A stretch of DNA of 64,000 bases from Octopus sinensis (taxonomy: Eukaryota), in NCBI RefSeq assembly GCF_006345805.1, contig NC_043008.1, positions 57,412,001-57,476,000 of the forward strand, given 5' to 3'. This document shows, piece by piece, positions 24,873 to 37,380 of the stretch; the first letter of the stretch is position 1; each line of letters opens with the position of its first letter. Under the pieces are notes generated by a model. That model saw only the letters and a list, made by a program, of their open reading frames with translations. It ran no database searches and was not told where the DNA came from. Both the position numbers and the translations under genes were made by a program.

Positions 24873-26164
24873 GTAAGTCTATTACTAACATTACTTTAAC
24901 TATCATCATCATCGTTTAGCGTCCGCTTTCCATGCTGACATGGGCTGGACAGTGCAATTGGGGTCTGGGAAGCCAGAAGGCTGCACCGGGCCCAGTCTTA
25001 TCTGGCAGTGTTTCTACGGCTGGATGCCCTTCCTAACGCCTACCACTCCATGAGTGTAGTGGGTGCTTTTTACGTGCCACCGGCACAGGTGCCAGAGGAA
25101 GCTGGCAAACGGCCACCATCGGATGGTGCTTTTTACGTGCCACCGGCACGGAAGCCAGTTGGGGCGGCACTGGCAACGGCCACATTCGGATGGTTCTCTT
25201 ATGTGCCACCGGCACTGGTATCACCGCTACAATTTCCATTTCCATTGACAATTCCATATATTGAAGCATAAGAGATCTTTAACTTTTCTCATGGCCGTTT
25301 TGTAAAAGAGAACCTACATGATATGGTCACCTGACCTGCTAGAAATAACCAAATCTCCTCAAACACTACCATCTTAAGACATTCCTGTATTAATAAAAAA
25401 AAAACTGGGCCCCCCTTCAGTCATGAATGACCATGGGATTGCCCCTAAAAAGTTACCCTCCGAGGCACAAGTCTGGCAAGGTTGTGAAAGACCAGCAGTC
25501 ACTCATGCATTCCAGCCTCCCCTCTTCAGATCACCAATGTTATCCAAGGGAAAGGCAAAGGCCGATACAGCTTGGCACCTGTGACGTCGCGACTCGTTTC
25601 TTCAGCTGAGTGAACTGGAGCAACCTGAAATAAAGTGTCTTGCTCAAGAACACAACACAAGCCCAGTCTGGGAAGTGAACTCACTACCTGGTTGTGAGCC
25701 TAACGCTCTAAAGATAAGATGGTCATGACACCAGACCACCTTTGACCATTGGTTTACTTGATCAAGGCTCTCTTTTCTGAAGTCATATATTTCCAAGAAT
25801 ATCTGACCCATGCCAGCATGGAGATCATGATTTTCATCATTTAAAGTTTGCTTTCCATGCTGGCTTGCATTGGACAGTTTGACATGGAGCTGTCCAAACT
25901 CCACATGTGTGTTGTGGCATTAAATGGTGATGTCATAGAAGACACTGTGTAATTAAGTTGGTCCTGAAGGTTTACATATTTGCATTATTGTATATATGCT
26001 TGGCTGCAAACCATCGAGCAGAAATATTAGTTCTGATGCTCTCCCGACCATGTGGTCTTGGTTTCAACCCTATGTTACAGCACCTTGAGTAAATGTCTTG
26101 TACCATATTCCTGGGTTGACTAAAGCCTTGTTAATGAATTTGGTTGGCAGAAAGTAAAAGAAGC

Positions 26165-26952
26165 GTAAGGCGGCAAGTTGGCAGAAACGTTAGCATGCTG
26201 GGCGAAATGCTTAGTGGTATTTCGTCTGCCATTACGTTGGGAGTTCAAATTCTGCTGAGGTCGACTTTGCCTTTCATCCTTTCGGGGTCGATTAAATAAG
26301 TACCAGTTACACACTGGGGTCGATATAATCGACTTAATCCGTTTGTCCTCTCTGTTTAGCCCCTTGTGGGTAATAAAGAAATAGTTATTTCATCTGCCGC
26401 TACGTTCTGAGTTCAAATTCCGCCGAGGTTGACTTTGCCTTTCATCCTTTCGGGGTTGATTAAATAAGTACCAGTTACGCACTGGAGTTGATATAATTGA
26501 CTTAATCCGTTTGTCCTCTGTGTTTAGCCCCTTATGGGTAGTAAAGAAATAGGTATTTCGTCTGCCACTACGTTCCGAGTTCAAATTCCGCTGAGGTCGA
26601 TTTTGCCTTTCATCCTTTTGGGGTTGATTAAATAAGTACCAGTTAAACACTGGTGGTGAAGTAATCGACTTAATGCCTTTGTCTGTCCTTGTTTGTCCCC
26701 TCTATGTTTAGCCCCTTGTAGGCAATAAAGGAATAAGAAACATTAGCACATTGGGCGAAATGCTTAGCAGTATTTCGTCTGCCGTTACGTTCTGAGTTCA
26801 AATTCTACTGAGGTCGACTTTTCCTTTCATCCTTTTGGGGTCGATAAATTAAGTACCAGTTACACACTGGGGTCGATGTAATCGACTTAATTCCTTTGTC
26901 TGTCCTTGTTTGTCCTCTCTATGTTTAGCCCCTTGTAGGCAATAAAGAAATA
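26165..26952 (+). mobile_element. Tetrameric SINE family C insertion inside a family B SINE
   Basis: One tRNA-like head plus repeated bodies; flanked by 16-bp TSD AGAAAGTAAAAGAAGC (26149-26164, 26953-26968). Confidence 0.85.
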
Positions 26953-27483
26953 AGAAAGTAAAAGAAGCTTGTTGTGATGCAAATTAGTTTCTCCAGTTTC
27001 TAGAAGCTACTGGATTTGTTTGAGACACAAACAAATCGGTTACTTATTTTTCTGGGATTGGTCAAATAAACATCATTTCATTACATTTAGCATCTGTTTT
27101 CTATGCTGGTATGGGATGGACAGTTTGACTGGAGCTGGTAAGGCCAGGTGCTTCACCAGGCTCCATTGTCTGTTCTAGCAATTTTGGGAGAGGAACTAGC
27201 CAATTACACTGCCTCCAGTTTTCAATTAGTACTTATTTCATCAAGCTTGAAAAGACGGAAAGCAAAGTCGGTCTCTGTGGAATTTGAACTCAGGAAATAA
27301 AGCTTTACAAAATGCTGCTGAGCATTTTGTCCAGTATTCTAATGATTTTGCCAGGTCATGACCATCTTTTAAATAATCCTTTCTGCTGGAAGCACAGGGC
27401 CTCAAATTTAGGGGAAGGGATTAAGTTGGTTATATCGATTCCCCCAGTATGTAACTGATACTTAATTTGTCAACCCCGAAAGG

Positions 27484-27522
27484 GTATGCTTGTCTCAAAG
27501 CTTAAGCCATGCAAGTGCAAGT
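27484..27522 (+). pseudogene. 39-bp 18S rRNA 5' fragment embedded in a SINE
   Basis: TATGCTTGTCTCAAAGCTTAAGCCATGCAAGTGCAAGT vs universal 18S TATGCTTGTCTCAAAGATTAAGCCATGCATGTCTAAGT (34/38 by eye). Confidence 0.85.
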
Positions 27523-28219
27523 TCAGAACGTAGTGACAGATGAAATACCTATTTCTTTATTACCCACAAGGGGCTAAACATAGAGGGGACAAACAAGGAC
27601 AGACAAAGGTATTAAGTCGATTACATCGACCCTAGTGCATAACTGGTACTTAATTTATCGACCTCGAAAGGATGAAAGGTAAAGTTGAACTCAGAACGTA
27701 GCGGCAGATGAAATACCGCTAAGCATTTTGCATGGCATGCTAACAACTCTGCCAGCTCACCACCTTACACCTAATAATCCTTTTTACTAAAGGCACAAGG
27801 CCTGAAATTTCAGGAGAGAGCACTAGTCGATTACATCAACCCTAGTGTTTCATCGTCATTTAACATCCTTTGTCCATGCTGGCACACTGGAAGGCTGCAC
27901 CAGACTCCAGTCTGATTTGGTATGGTTTTCTACACCTGGATACCCTTCCTAATGCCAACCAATGCTTGAAAGGAACTCAGTACTTAATTTATTGACCCCA
28001 AAAGAATGAGAGGCAAAGTCTGTCTTTGTGATATTTGAAATCGGAACATAAAACTCGACAAAATGCTTAGCAGCATTTTGCCAGGCATGCTAATGGTTTG
28101 GTCAGCTCGCTGCCCTTTTAATAATAATATTAAATAATCCTTCCTACGTTGAGCACAATGCCTGAAATTTTGTGGGGAAGAGGTTAATTGATTATATTGC
28201 CTCCAACGCTTAGCTGGTA

Positions 28220-28728
28220 CCGTAAATCCTTGAGTATAATCCGCATTTTTTCCACAAAATTTAAAGGTCAAAATCCCTAGTGTGTACAATATACGAGGTT
28301 AAAAATGAAAAATATTTTCTAAGCAATGTCCGAGTCTCTATTTGCTGTCCGGCAATGTTTATTAAGACACATTTGTGATGTCGGGCTCGAAAATACCTTA
28401 AGCTAAGCCTGAAAGCAATGAAGTCATAAAAGAATCATCCACAACTTGCAGTAAGCAACATTTATTAAATGTTATTACTGTTATTTCTTTATTTTCTGCA
28501 AACAAAATGCACAAAAAAGCTACACGTTTGCATTGTTATATATACAATAATAATAAAGGGCGTTACCGTACACATTTTTACAAACCAAGGACGTTATATA
28601 GACCTCCTTGACTCAAGTTAGAGAAGGGGTGCGTATTATACACAAGGTTTAGGTTTTTCAGAGGTACAGCCCACTAAAAATCCTCTGCGTATTATACTCA
28701 AAGGCAGACTATATTCGAGGATTTATGG
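28220..28728. mobile_element. Tc1/mariner-pogo type MITE inserted in a SINE
   Basis: TIR CCGTAAATCCTTGAGTATA / TATATTCGAGGATTTATGG with TA duplication splitting SINE CTGGTA|CTTATTTT. Confidence 0.8.
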
Positions 28729-28929
28729 TACTTATTTTATCAATTTGGAAATGGGGGTGATGTTTGGTGCCAGGGAAGGCATCCAGCTGTAGAAAATCTG
28801 TGTTTACAAATTCTGTCTGACCCATGCAAGCATGGAAAAGTGGATGTTAAATAACAAAGCTGAAGAGCCCTGTTATATTTGTATTTTTTTCTGTTTCTTT
28901 AAATTTTTTTTTCTTTCCATCTCATTTAG

Positions 28930-29162
28930 GTTCAGGGATGCTGGAGCTGAGGTCATTGATGTTTTCAGTCAATTCTGCCAGTGTGTGGAGAGAGCCAGTA
29001 TAGACGAGGCTTATCTCGACCTGACGAAGATAGTAGAAGAGAGGATGAAGACCGTCGACGTGACTTGCATTACGTCATTTGCGGACCAACTGACGAACAC
29101 GCATGTCATTGGTTGGGAGTCAACAGAAGAAAAGTCTTCTGACAAAACAGATACGCCAAAAA
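28930..29162 (+). CDS. POLH: DNA polymerase eta coding exon 3
   Basis: tttAG acceptor; (K)FRDAGAEVIDVFS...VERASIDEAYLDLT (catalytic SIDE motif); A|GTAAGC donor. Confidence 0.96.
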
Positions 29163-29358
29163 GTAAGCCCCCTTTTTTCAAATTCTATCCTTTTTTTAAA
29201 TTTTTTTTTATGCAGTTCATTTAACAAAGTATAGCAAGACAGCAAAATTGGACATGTTGATAAGGTAATGAACAACCATTCAGATCTTGGCAGGTTAGGC
29301 CACTGGGAAGTCCTGGTTTGTGTCTATAGGTAGTTACTGTGATATACAAGCAGTTTCT

Positions 29359-29777
29359 TATTTCTTTATTACCCACAAGGGGCTAAGCATAGAGGGGACA
29401 AACAAGGACAGACAAAGGGATATTAAGTTGATTATATCGACCCCAGTGCGTAACTGGTACTTAATTTATCGACCCCGAAAGGATGAAAGGCAAAGTCGAC
29501 CTCGGCGGAATTTGAACTCAGAACGTAACGGCAGATGAAATACCTATTTCTTTATTACCCACAAGGGGCTAAACATAGAGTGGACAAACAAGGACAGACA
29601 AACAGATTGAGTTGATTATATTGACCCCAGTGCATAACTGGTCTTTAATTTATCGACCCCGAAAGGATGAAAGGCAAAGTCGACCTCGGCTGAATTTGAA
29701 CTCAGAACGTAGCGGCAGATGAAATATCGCTGAGCATTTCGCCTGGTGTGCTAACGTTTCTGCCAGCTTGCAGCCTT
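29359..29777 (-). mobile_element. Dimeric SINE family C
   Basis: Two bodies, one head; TSD CAAGCAGTTTCT at 29347 and 29778. Confidence 0.85.
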
Positions 29778-30002
29778 CAAGCAGTTTCTTTGCAGTAAAC
29801 AGGTGTAGCATTGTAAATTTGAGGAGTGTTTTGGTTAGCTTGTGATAGCAAGTTAAGTATTTCCTCTTGATAAGCACTGAAGATAAATACTCCATGCTGC
29901 TCTTTCTTGACTCTGTCACAACAGACTACATGTAGATGTATGCTTCATTGCTGCTCCTACGTTCAGACTTGAATGACTGAGTAGAAATGGTTAAATTATA
30001 AG

Positions 30003-30305
30003 CCTGTTCCAAGGGAATGGGCTTGGTCAGATTGGTGGGGAAAGAAGACCCTGTTGAGTTTGACTCTAGTCCGGTTTTGTGAGGGCTACAGTGGTGAGCT
30101 GGCAGAAACATTAGCACGCCGGACAAAATGCTTAGCTGTATTTTGTCTGCCGCTACGTTCTGAGTTCAAATTCCGCCAAGGTCGACTTTGCCTTTCATCC
30201 TTTCGGGGTCGATTAAATAAGTACCAGTTTCGCACTGGGGTTAATATAATTCTTTAATCCGTTTGTCCCCTCTGTGTGTAGCCGCTTGTGAGTAATAAAG
30301 AAATA
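30003..30305 (+). mobile_element. Chimeric 28S rRNA fragment + SINE family C retrocopy
   Basis: 28S-like CCAAGGGAATGGGCTTGG...GGGGAAAGAAGACCCTGTTGAGTTTGACTCTAGT (30009-~30089) fused to SINE head; 20-bp TSD AGAAATGGTTAAATTATAAG at 29983-30002 and 30306-30325. Confidence 0.88.
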
Positions 30306-31859
30306 AGAAATGGTTAAATTATAAGGCAGTGAATTGCTAGTCATAAGAGCATCAAATAAAATTCCTAGTGATATTTGTTCCAGCCGTGTGCTTAAGTAAC
30401 TTGCTTTCTAACCAGATGGTTTTTAGGTTCAGTCCCACAGTGCCTCTTCTATAAACCAAAGTCCCATGAATGAATTTGGTAGACGGAAACTAAAAGAAGC
30501 TTGTGTGTTTGTTTCTCCGTCTTAATGTCATATGTTAGTTGCAAATGAGTCACTGTCACACAAACAGTTTTGTTCATTTCTAATCTCTCATGAAAACATG
30601 TCCAGCTGTGTGGATCAAGTACTTTGCTTGAAAATAGATGAGGGTTGGCAACAGCAAGGACATCCATCAGAAGGAAGTCTAACGCAGAGCTTCTCAACTG
30701 GGGTTCATATAAGATTTTTCTTGATCCATGTAACGAAATAGTAAATTGGGGATCCACAATAGTATTTTAAGGGACCCCTGAAAAAAATGTTGCTTTTGAA
30801 GTATGTATTGGTATGTATTGCAACAAACAGCTTGGTTCCTTTCTGAAACATTTCACATAGTTCAACCTACACAAGTGAATGTGTGAAAAACAAAATAGGG
30901 ATTTTGAAAGAGGATTCTATAAAACTTTTAAACATCAAATGGTTATAGGGGTCCACCAGAATAAGATATTAATCAAAGGAGTCTACTCTTATTCTTTGGA
31001 AGCCTAGTACTTATTCTATCAGTCTCTTTTGCCGAACCGCTAAGTTACGGGGACTTAAACACACCACCATAGGTTGTCAAGTGATGTTGGGGGGGGACAG
31101 AGACACACAAACATATATACACACATACATACATATATATATATATATATTATATATATATATATATTCGACAGGCTTCTTTCAGTTTCCATCTACCAAA
31201 TCCACTCACAAGGCTTTGGTTGGCCCGAGGCTATAGTAGAAGACACTTGCCCAAGGTGCCATGCAGTGGGACTGAAGCCGGAGCCATGTGATTGGTAAGC
31301 AAGCTACTTACCACACAGCCACTAGTCTATTGATAAAAAATGGTTGAGAACTCCTGGTTCAACCCATGGAAATATGTAAAAGTGGACATTAAAATGATGA
31401 TCATCATGACTGTTTTCTGAGTTCAAATCCTGTTGAAGTCAACTTAGCTTTTCACTCTTTAAAGTTTGATTTAAAAAAACAAAAAGCAAAAAAACAAAAA
31501 CATCTAGGGGGCAGGTGATGGGTGGAATTGTTAGAGTATAGACAGGTGAATGTTATCTGTTCCAGTTCTTTGCTTTCTGATGGCATTGTTTGCAACAATG
31601 CTGATGCCAAGTTGTATTGACTTTGGATAACATTGATGCTGTGGAGACATGACTGCATCAACAACTATCATCATCATCATAATGTCCTCTTTTCCATTCT
31701 TGCATGGTATTTGTTGAAGCAGATTTTCTACAGCAGGAAGTTGTAGTCCACAGCGCTCTGGGTGGTTGATGCTAGGAAGGGCATCTAGCTGTAAAAACTC
31801 TGACAAAACAGTCTGGTGCAGGCTCCTGTCAAACCATCCAACCCATGCCGGTATGGAAT

Positions 31860-32090
31860 CAAGGCGGCGAGCTGGCAGAAACGTTAGCACGCCGGGCGAA
31901 ATGCTTAGCGGTATTTTGTCTGCGTTACGTTGTGAGTTCAAATTCCGCCGAGGTCGACTTTGCCTTTCATCCTTTCGGGGTTGATAAATGAAGTACCAGT
32001 TACGCACTGGGGTCGATGTAATTGACTTAATACCTATGTCTGTCCTTGTTTGTCCCCTCTGTTTAGCCTCTTGTGGGTAATAAAGAAATA
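31860..32090 (+). mobile_element. Full-length SINE family C monomer
   Basis: Head GGCGGCGAGCTGGCAGAAACGTTAGC, B-box GAGTTCAAATTCC, core GCCTTTCATCCTTTCGGGG, tail AATAAAGAAATA; TSD GGTATGGAA. Confidence 0.85.
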
Positions 32091-33468
32091 GGTATGGAAG
32101 GCAGATGTTAAACAATGATGATGCCTTTCTTATCACCAATGCTCACCTGTTTCCAATTAAGGTGATATTTGCTCATATCTGAACATGTTTGCACGGAAGT
32201 TTGAAATCGAAGGATATGTATGACTATGGCTATAACACTTGTTTTCAACGATCACAACGTTAAGACAGACACTACTGCACTTGTATGCATGTGCATACAC
32301 ATCTCGGAACATAGTGACAGATGAAATACCGCTAAGCGTTTCGCGTGGCGTGCTAACGACTCTGCTAGCTTGCCACCGTACACCATCCTTTAAATAGTAA
32401 TAATAATCCTTTCTACTAAAGGCACAAGGCCTGAAATTTCAGGGTCAAGCAGTGGTGTACATTAACCCTTTTGTTACCAACCCGGCTGAAACCAGCTCTG
32501 GCTCTGTTGTACACATGTCTTGTTTTCATAAGGTTTTAATTAATTAAAATCTTCCACCAAACCTTAGTCACAATTTATGTTCCTAATACGAGCTGAATGA
32601 TAACAATGTTATTTTACTAAATTCTTTATTATATTTAAAGTAATTGAAAGAAACACAGAACATCTCAAAATAAATACAGTAACGAAAGGGTTAAATGATG
32701 GTCTTCCATACAGTTCCCATCTACCAAATACACTCAAGGCTTTGGTTGGCCTGGGGCTATAGTAAATGAAATTTGTCCAAGCTTCCATTCAGCAGAGCTG
32801 AACCCAAAGCCATGTGGTTAGGAAGGAAGGTTCTCAACGACATAGCCATGCTTGCCTCTTTAACCCCTTACCCAACAATTATTTTGAAAATAAATATATT
32901 TTTTCAGACATATTTTTTAATTGTCGATTTTGGCGAGTCTATCTTTTGACGAGTTAACTCGCCAGAGATAGAAAAAAACGATTTAGGTCAAAACGCATAT
33001 ATTCGTTTCTGCCGGGTAAGGGGTTAATACTTAGAAAATAAAATTTTTAAAAATCCAGTTTAGACAACAAAATTTTATTCAACAGAAAAGCCACTTTTTC
33101 CCCCCTCCAGCTGGTTCTACTTGATCTTTCTTTGTATTCAATGCAACTTTTTTTTTTTTGTTCCCAACCCAGTTTTTATCCTGTTTACTGGTATTTTGAT
33201 TGGGAACAATTAAATATGCAAAAGTGGAATGGCTTAAGCAAACAACTTGAGAGACTGAGGAGTGGCAAAATTTGCCAAATTAAAAACTTGGCAACTTCAA
33301 ATTATATTACTTCACTTAATCACGCGTCTCCATTTTTCACCAACACTCAGGACTGACTGTAGGTATATATACATATATACATACATACACACACACACAC
33401 ACACATACATTCATACACACAGACAGTATGCATTGCATTGTATTGTGTACCAATCCTCTCTGTTTCAG

Positions 33469-33617
33469 ATTGCAAAAATGATCTGTTATGGTGGTTGTCA
33501 AGTGTACAGTTTGAGGATATTAAGCTTGTTGTCGGTGCTCTGATTGTTGAAGAAATGAGAGCAGCTGTCCACAAACAGACTGGCTTTAGCTGTTCGGCTG
33601 GGATCTCCTGCAATAAA
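33469..33617 (+). CDS. POLH: DNA polymerase eta coding exon 4
   Basis: ttcAG acceptor; LVVGALIVEEMRAAVHKQTGFSCSAGISCNK; AAA|GTAAGT donor. Confidence 0.95.
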
Positions 33618-35624
33618 GTAAGTCATTACCGTAATTTCTCTGAGTTCCTAATCTACATTGATAGGTATTGGAAGGTAACCCGTTGCCTGTTTTAGCACCC
33701 TTGAGTTCTTTTTATTACTGTATTTCTGTAGACCTACAAAAGCCTTTCTTTCAAGTAATTTTTGAAATAATGGATTTAGTAAAATAATCCCATTATTATG
33801 ATGGTGTCTAAGGCAGCAAGCTGGCAGAATCCTAAGCACACTGGGCAAAATTCTGATCAGCGTTTTATTCATGTTCAAATTCTGCTGAGGTTGACTTTAC
33901 CTTTCATCTTTACGGGGCTGGCCTCCGTACCGATGGCACATTAAAAACACCATTTGAGCGTGATCGTTACCTGCGTCGCCTTACTAGCACTTGTGCTGGT
34001 GGCATGTGAAAAAACAATCGAGCGAGGTCATTGCCAGTGCCGCTGGACTGGCTCCTGTGCAGGTGGCACATAAAGAGCACCATTTGAGCGTGGCCGTTGC
34101 CAGTACCGCCTGACTGGCACATAAAAGCACCCACTACACTCTTGGAGTGTTTGAGCGTTAGGAAGGGCATCCAGCTGTAGAAACTCTGCTAGATCATATT
34201 GGAGCCTGGTGCAGCCATCTGGTTCACCAGACCTCAGTCAAATCGTTCAACCCATGCTGGCATGGAAAGCGGACGTTAGATGATGATGATGATGATGAAT
34301 AAAATAGGTACCAGTGGAACATTGCGGTTGATGTAACAACTTATCTTCTTCCCAAAATTTCAGGCTTTTTTACCTTTTGTAAAAGATTATTATCATGGTG
34401 TCTGAAATAATTATGATTTTGATGGAAGGTTATTATTTAGATCACTTTAAAATTGGAACGTTTGTTTCAGCGAGGGTTGCTATCAAAGGGGTTAATGAAG
34501 TCTACTCTGTGATAAGCTTTCTCAGTCTCTCCAGTCTGAAGATAACTTCCTCTTATTATGGAGGCCCTAAATTAGGTCAAATGTGCTGACCTTTCTTTGT
34601 TGTCAGAGAAAGTGTATTTAAAATGCTTTTTTTTTTTTTACCCTTCAACTACTTTGTGGAACTTTTCTGTAAAATAACCTTTTCATGTATGAATGTAGCC
34701 TCTATGGTATAATGGCGTGGTGGGCTTGTGTGTGTACAGTAGGCCCTGTGTGAGAGTGACTACACTATAGGTGCACACAGGGCCTACTGTACAGACACAT
34801 AAGCATACATGCACGCATGTACACACACATATACACAGGTCTTTGAATACAGACCATACAATAAATGCCATCATAGATGGGTTAAAAAGTCCATCGTATG
34901 TGAGCGTTTCTCATTGTATTTGTTTCCTTGATCGCTAGTATTGGTTTGTTTACATCACTATAACTTAGCAGTTTGGCAAAGGACACCAATAAAATAAGTA
35001 TCGAGCTTATAAAAAAAATGTACTGCCTTGATTTGTTTAAGACCCCCCCCCCCCTCGAAGCAGTGTTTAGACCACAGTGCAATGGCTGAAAAAATAAAAG
35101 TTTTAAAGACTTTATGAATTAATCGTTAATCTTATGAAATTATTTATAACTCTTTTACTTGTTTCAGTCATTTGGCTGTGGCCATGCTGGAGCACCGCCT
35201 TTAGTCAAGCAAATCAACCCCAGGACTTATTCTTTGTAAGCCTAGTACTTATTCTATCAGTCTCTTTTGCTGAACTTCTAAGTTACAGGGATGTAAACAC
35301 ACCAGAATCGGTTGTCAAGTGATATTGGGGACACACACACACACACACGACGGCCTTCTTTCAGTTTCTGTCTACCTAATCCATTCACAAGGCCTTAGTC
35401 GGCCTGAGGCTATAGTAGACATGCCCAAGGTGCCATGCAGTGGGACTGAGCCTGGAACCATGCAGTCCGTAAGCAAGCTACTTACCACACAGCCACTCCT
35501 ATGCCTATGCAATATTAATTACTGATACAATATTAATTACTGATGCAATATTAACTACTGAAGCAATATTAATTGGTGAAATTAAATAAATCTTTTCTTT
35601 CTTTTTTGATTCCCTCTTCATCAG

Positions 35625-35728
35625 ATGCTGTCTAAATTAGCAGCTGGTCTTCATAAGCCAAATCAACAGACAGTTCTGCCACATTCAGGTGTTGAAGAAC
35701 TTTTCAAAACAATCCCGATAAGCAAAGT
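35625..35728 (+). CDS. POLH: DNA polymerase eta coding exon 5
   Basis: atcAG acceptor; MLSKLAAGLHKPNQQTVLP...IPISKV; GT|GTAAGA donor. Confidence 0.95.
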
Positions 35729-37039
35729 GTAAGACATCTCTTTTGATTTAATTTGTTATATTATTTGAGCTCAAGTCTCACAGAGTTTGACTCTGCTTTT
35801 CCTCTTTTTGGGGGTTGATGAAATAAGTTACCAGTCAAGTTATTTAAGATGATTAATATCCTCTGCCAAATTTCAGGCTTTGTATGAAGATATAAAATTA
35901 TTAGGGCAATAGTTTGGCAAAATCATTAATGTTGGGAAAAAAAAAATTCCTTTCAATAATTCTTCTGGTTCTGTATGACTGGTTTCTGGGTTCAAATCCT
36001 GCTGAGGTTAACTTTACATTTCAGTCTTTTGTGGTTGATAAAATACCTATTTCTATTTCTTTATTACCCACAAGGGGCTAAACACAGTGGAGACAAACAA
36101 GGACAGAAATAGCTATTAAGTCGATTATATCGACCCCAGTGCGTTACTGGTACTTATTTAATCAACCCCGAAAGGATGAAAGGCAAGGTCGACCTCGGCG
36201 GAATTTGAACTCACAACGTAACGACAGACGAAATACAGCTACGCATTTGGCCCGGCACGCTAACGTTTCTCAGTGAAGTATTGAGGTTGATAGAATCAAC
36301 TAACACCCTCCCTCTCAAAAATTACAGGACTTATACCAAAATTTGAAACTATTATTACTATTATTTTTATTACTAAGGTGGCAAGCTGGCAAAATTGTTA
36401 GCACACTAGACAAAATGCTTAGTGACATTTGGTTCATCATGTTCATCATTGTTTAACGTCCGCTTTCCATGCTAGCATGGGTTGGACGATTTGAATGAGG
36501 ACTGGTGAACCAGATGGTTGCACCAGGCTTCAATCTTGATCTGGCAGTTTCTACAGCTAGATGACCTTCCTAACACCAACCACTCCGAGAGTGTAGTGGG
36601 TGCTTTTATGTGCCACCTGCACAGGGGCCAGTCAGGCAGTACTGGCAATGACCTCGCTCAAATCTTTTTACACATGCCACCGGCACAGGTGCCAGTAAGG
36701 CGATGCTGGTCACAATCACGCTCGAATGGTGCCTTTTACGTGCCGCCGGCACAGAGGCCAGTTAGCCATTCTGGCAACGATCACACTTGGATGGTGCTCT
36801 TAGCACCCTACTAGCACGGGGTCAAGTGCCAGTATGGTGATGCTGGTAATGGTGCCTTCTATGTGCCACTGGCACGGAAGCCGGTTAGCCACTCTGTCAA
36901 CGAGAGTTCAAATTCAACCAAGGTCAACTTTGCCTTTCATCCTTTCGGGGTCGATAAGTACCAATGGAGCATTGGGGTCAATGTAATCAACTTATCCCCT
37001 CACCCGAAGTTTCAGGCTTTGTGCCCATAGTGGAAAGGA

Positions 37040-37074
<35 letters not shown>

Positions 37075-37260
37075 ATAGAGGCAAGCCATCAGAACCATTA
37101 GCATGCCAGGCAAAATGCTTAGTTGCATTTCATCCGTTTTTAACGTTCTGCATTCAAATTCTGCCAAGTTCAACTTTGCCTTTCATCTTTTTTGGTGGGG
37201 TTGATGTAATCGACTTCCCACCCCACTTTGATATTTTTTTCCTGTTTTTTCTTTTTGCAG

Positions 37261-37380
37261 CCGTAACCTTGGCGGTAAATTTGGTGATGACTTAAAACGT
37301 GACCATGGAATAGAGATGATGTCTGATTTATGGCAGTTCTCCAAAGAACACCTGATAGACATTTATGGAAGTAAAACGGG
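37261..37380 (+). CDS. POLH: DNA polymerase eta coding exon 6
   Basis: ttgcAG acceptor; RNLGGKFG (HhH/thumb)...IYGSKTG; GG|GTAAGA donor. Confidence 0.95.

Noticed and set aside
26165-26952. Retrozyme (hammerhead-containing tandem repeat)
   Set aside because: No CTGANGA...GAAA core found on either strand of the unit; it has a tRNA-like head and TSD
27484-30089. Functional rRNA genes
   Set aside because: Only 39-bp and ~80-bp fragments embedded in SINEs
35506-35575. 18-bp repeat TGCAATATTAATTACTGA x4 near the POLH exon 5 acceptor
   Set aside because: Short AT-rich slippage repeat with no evidence of function
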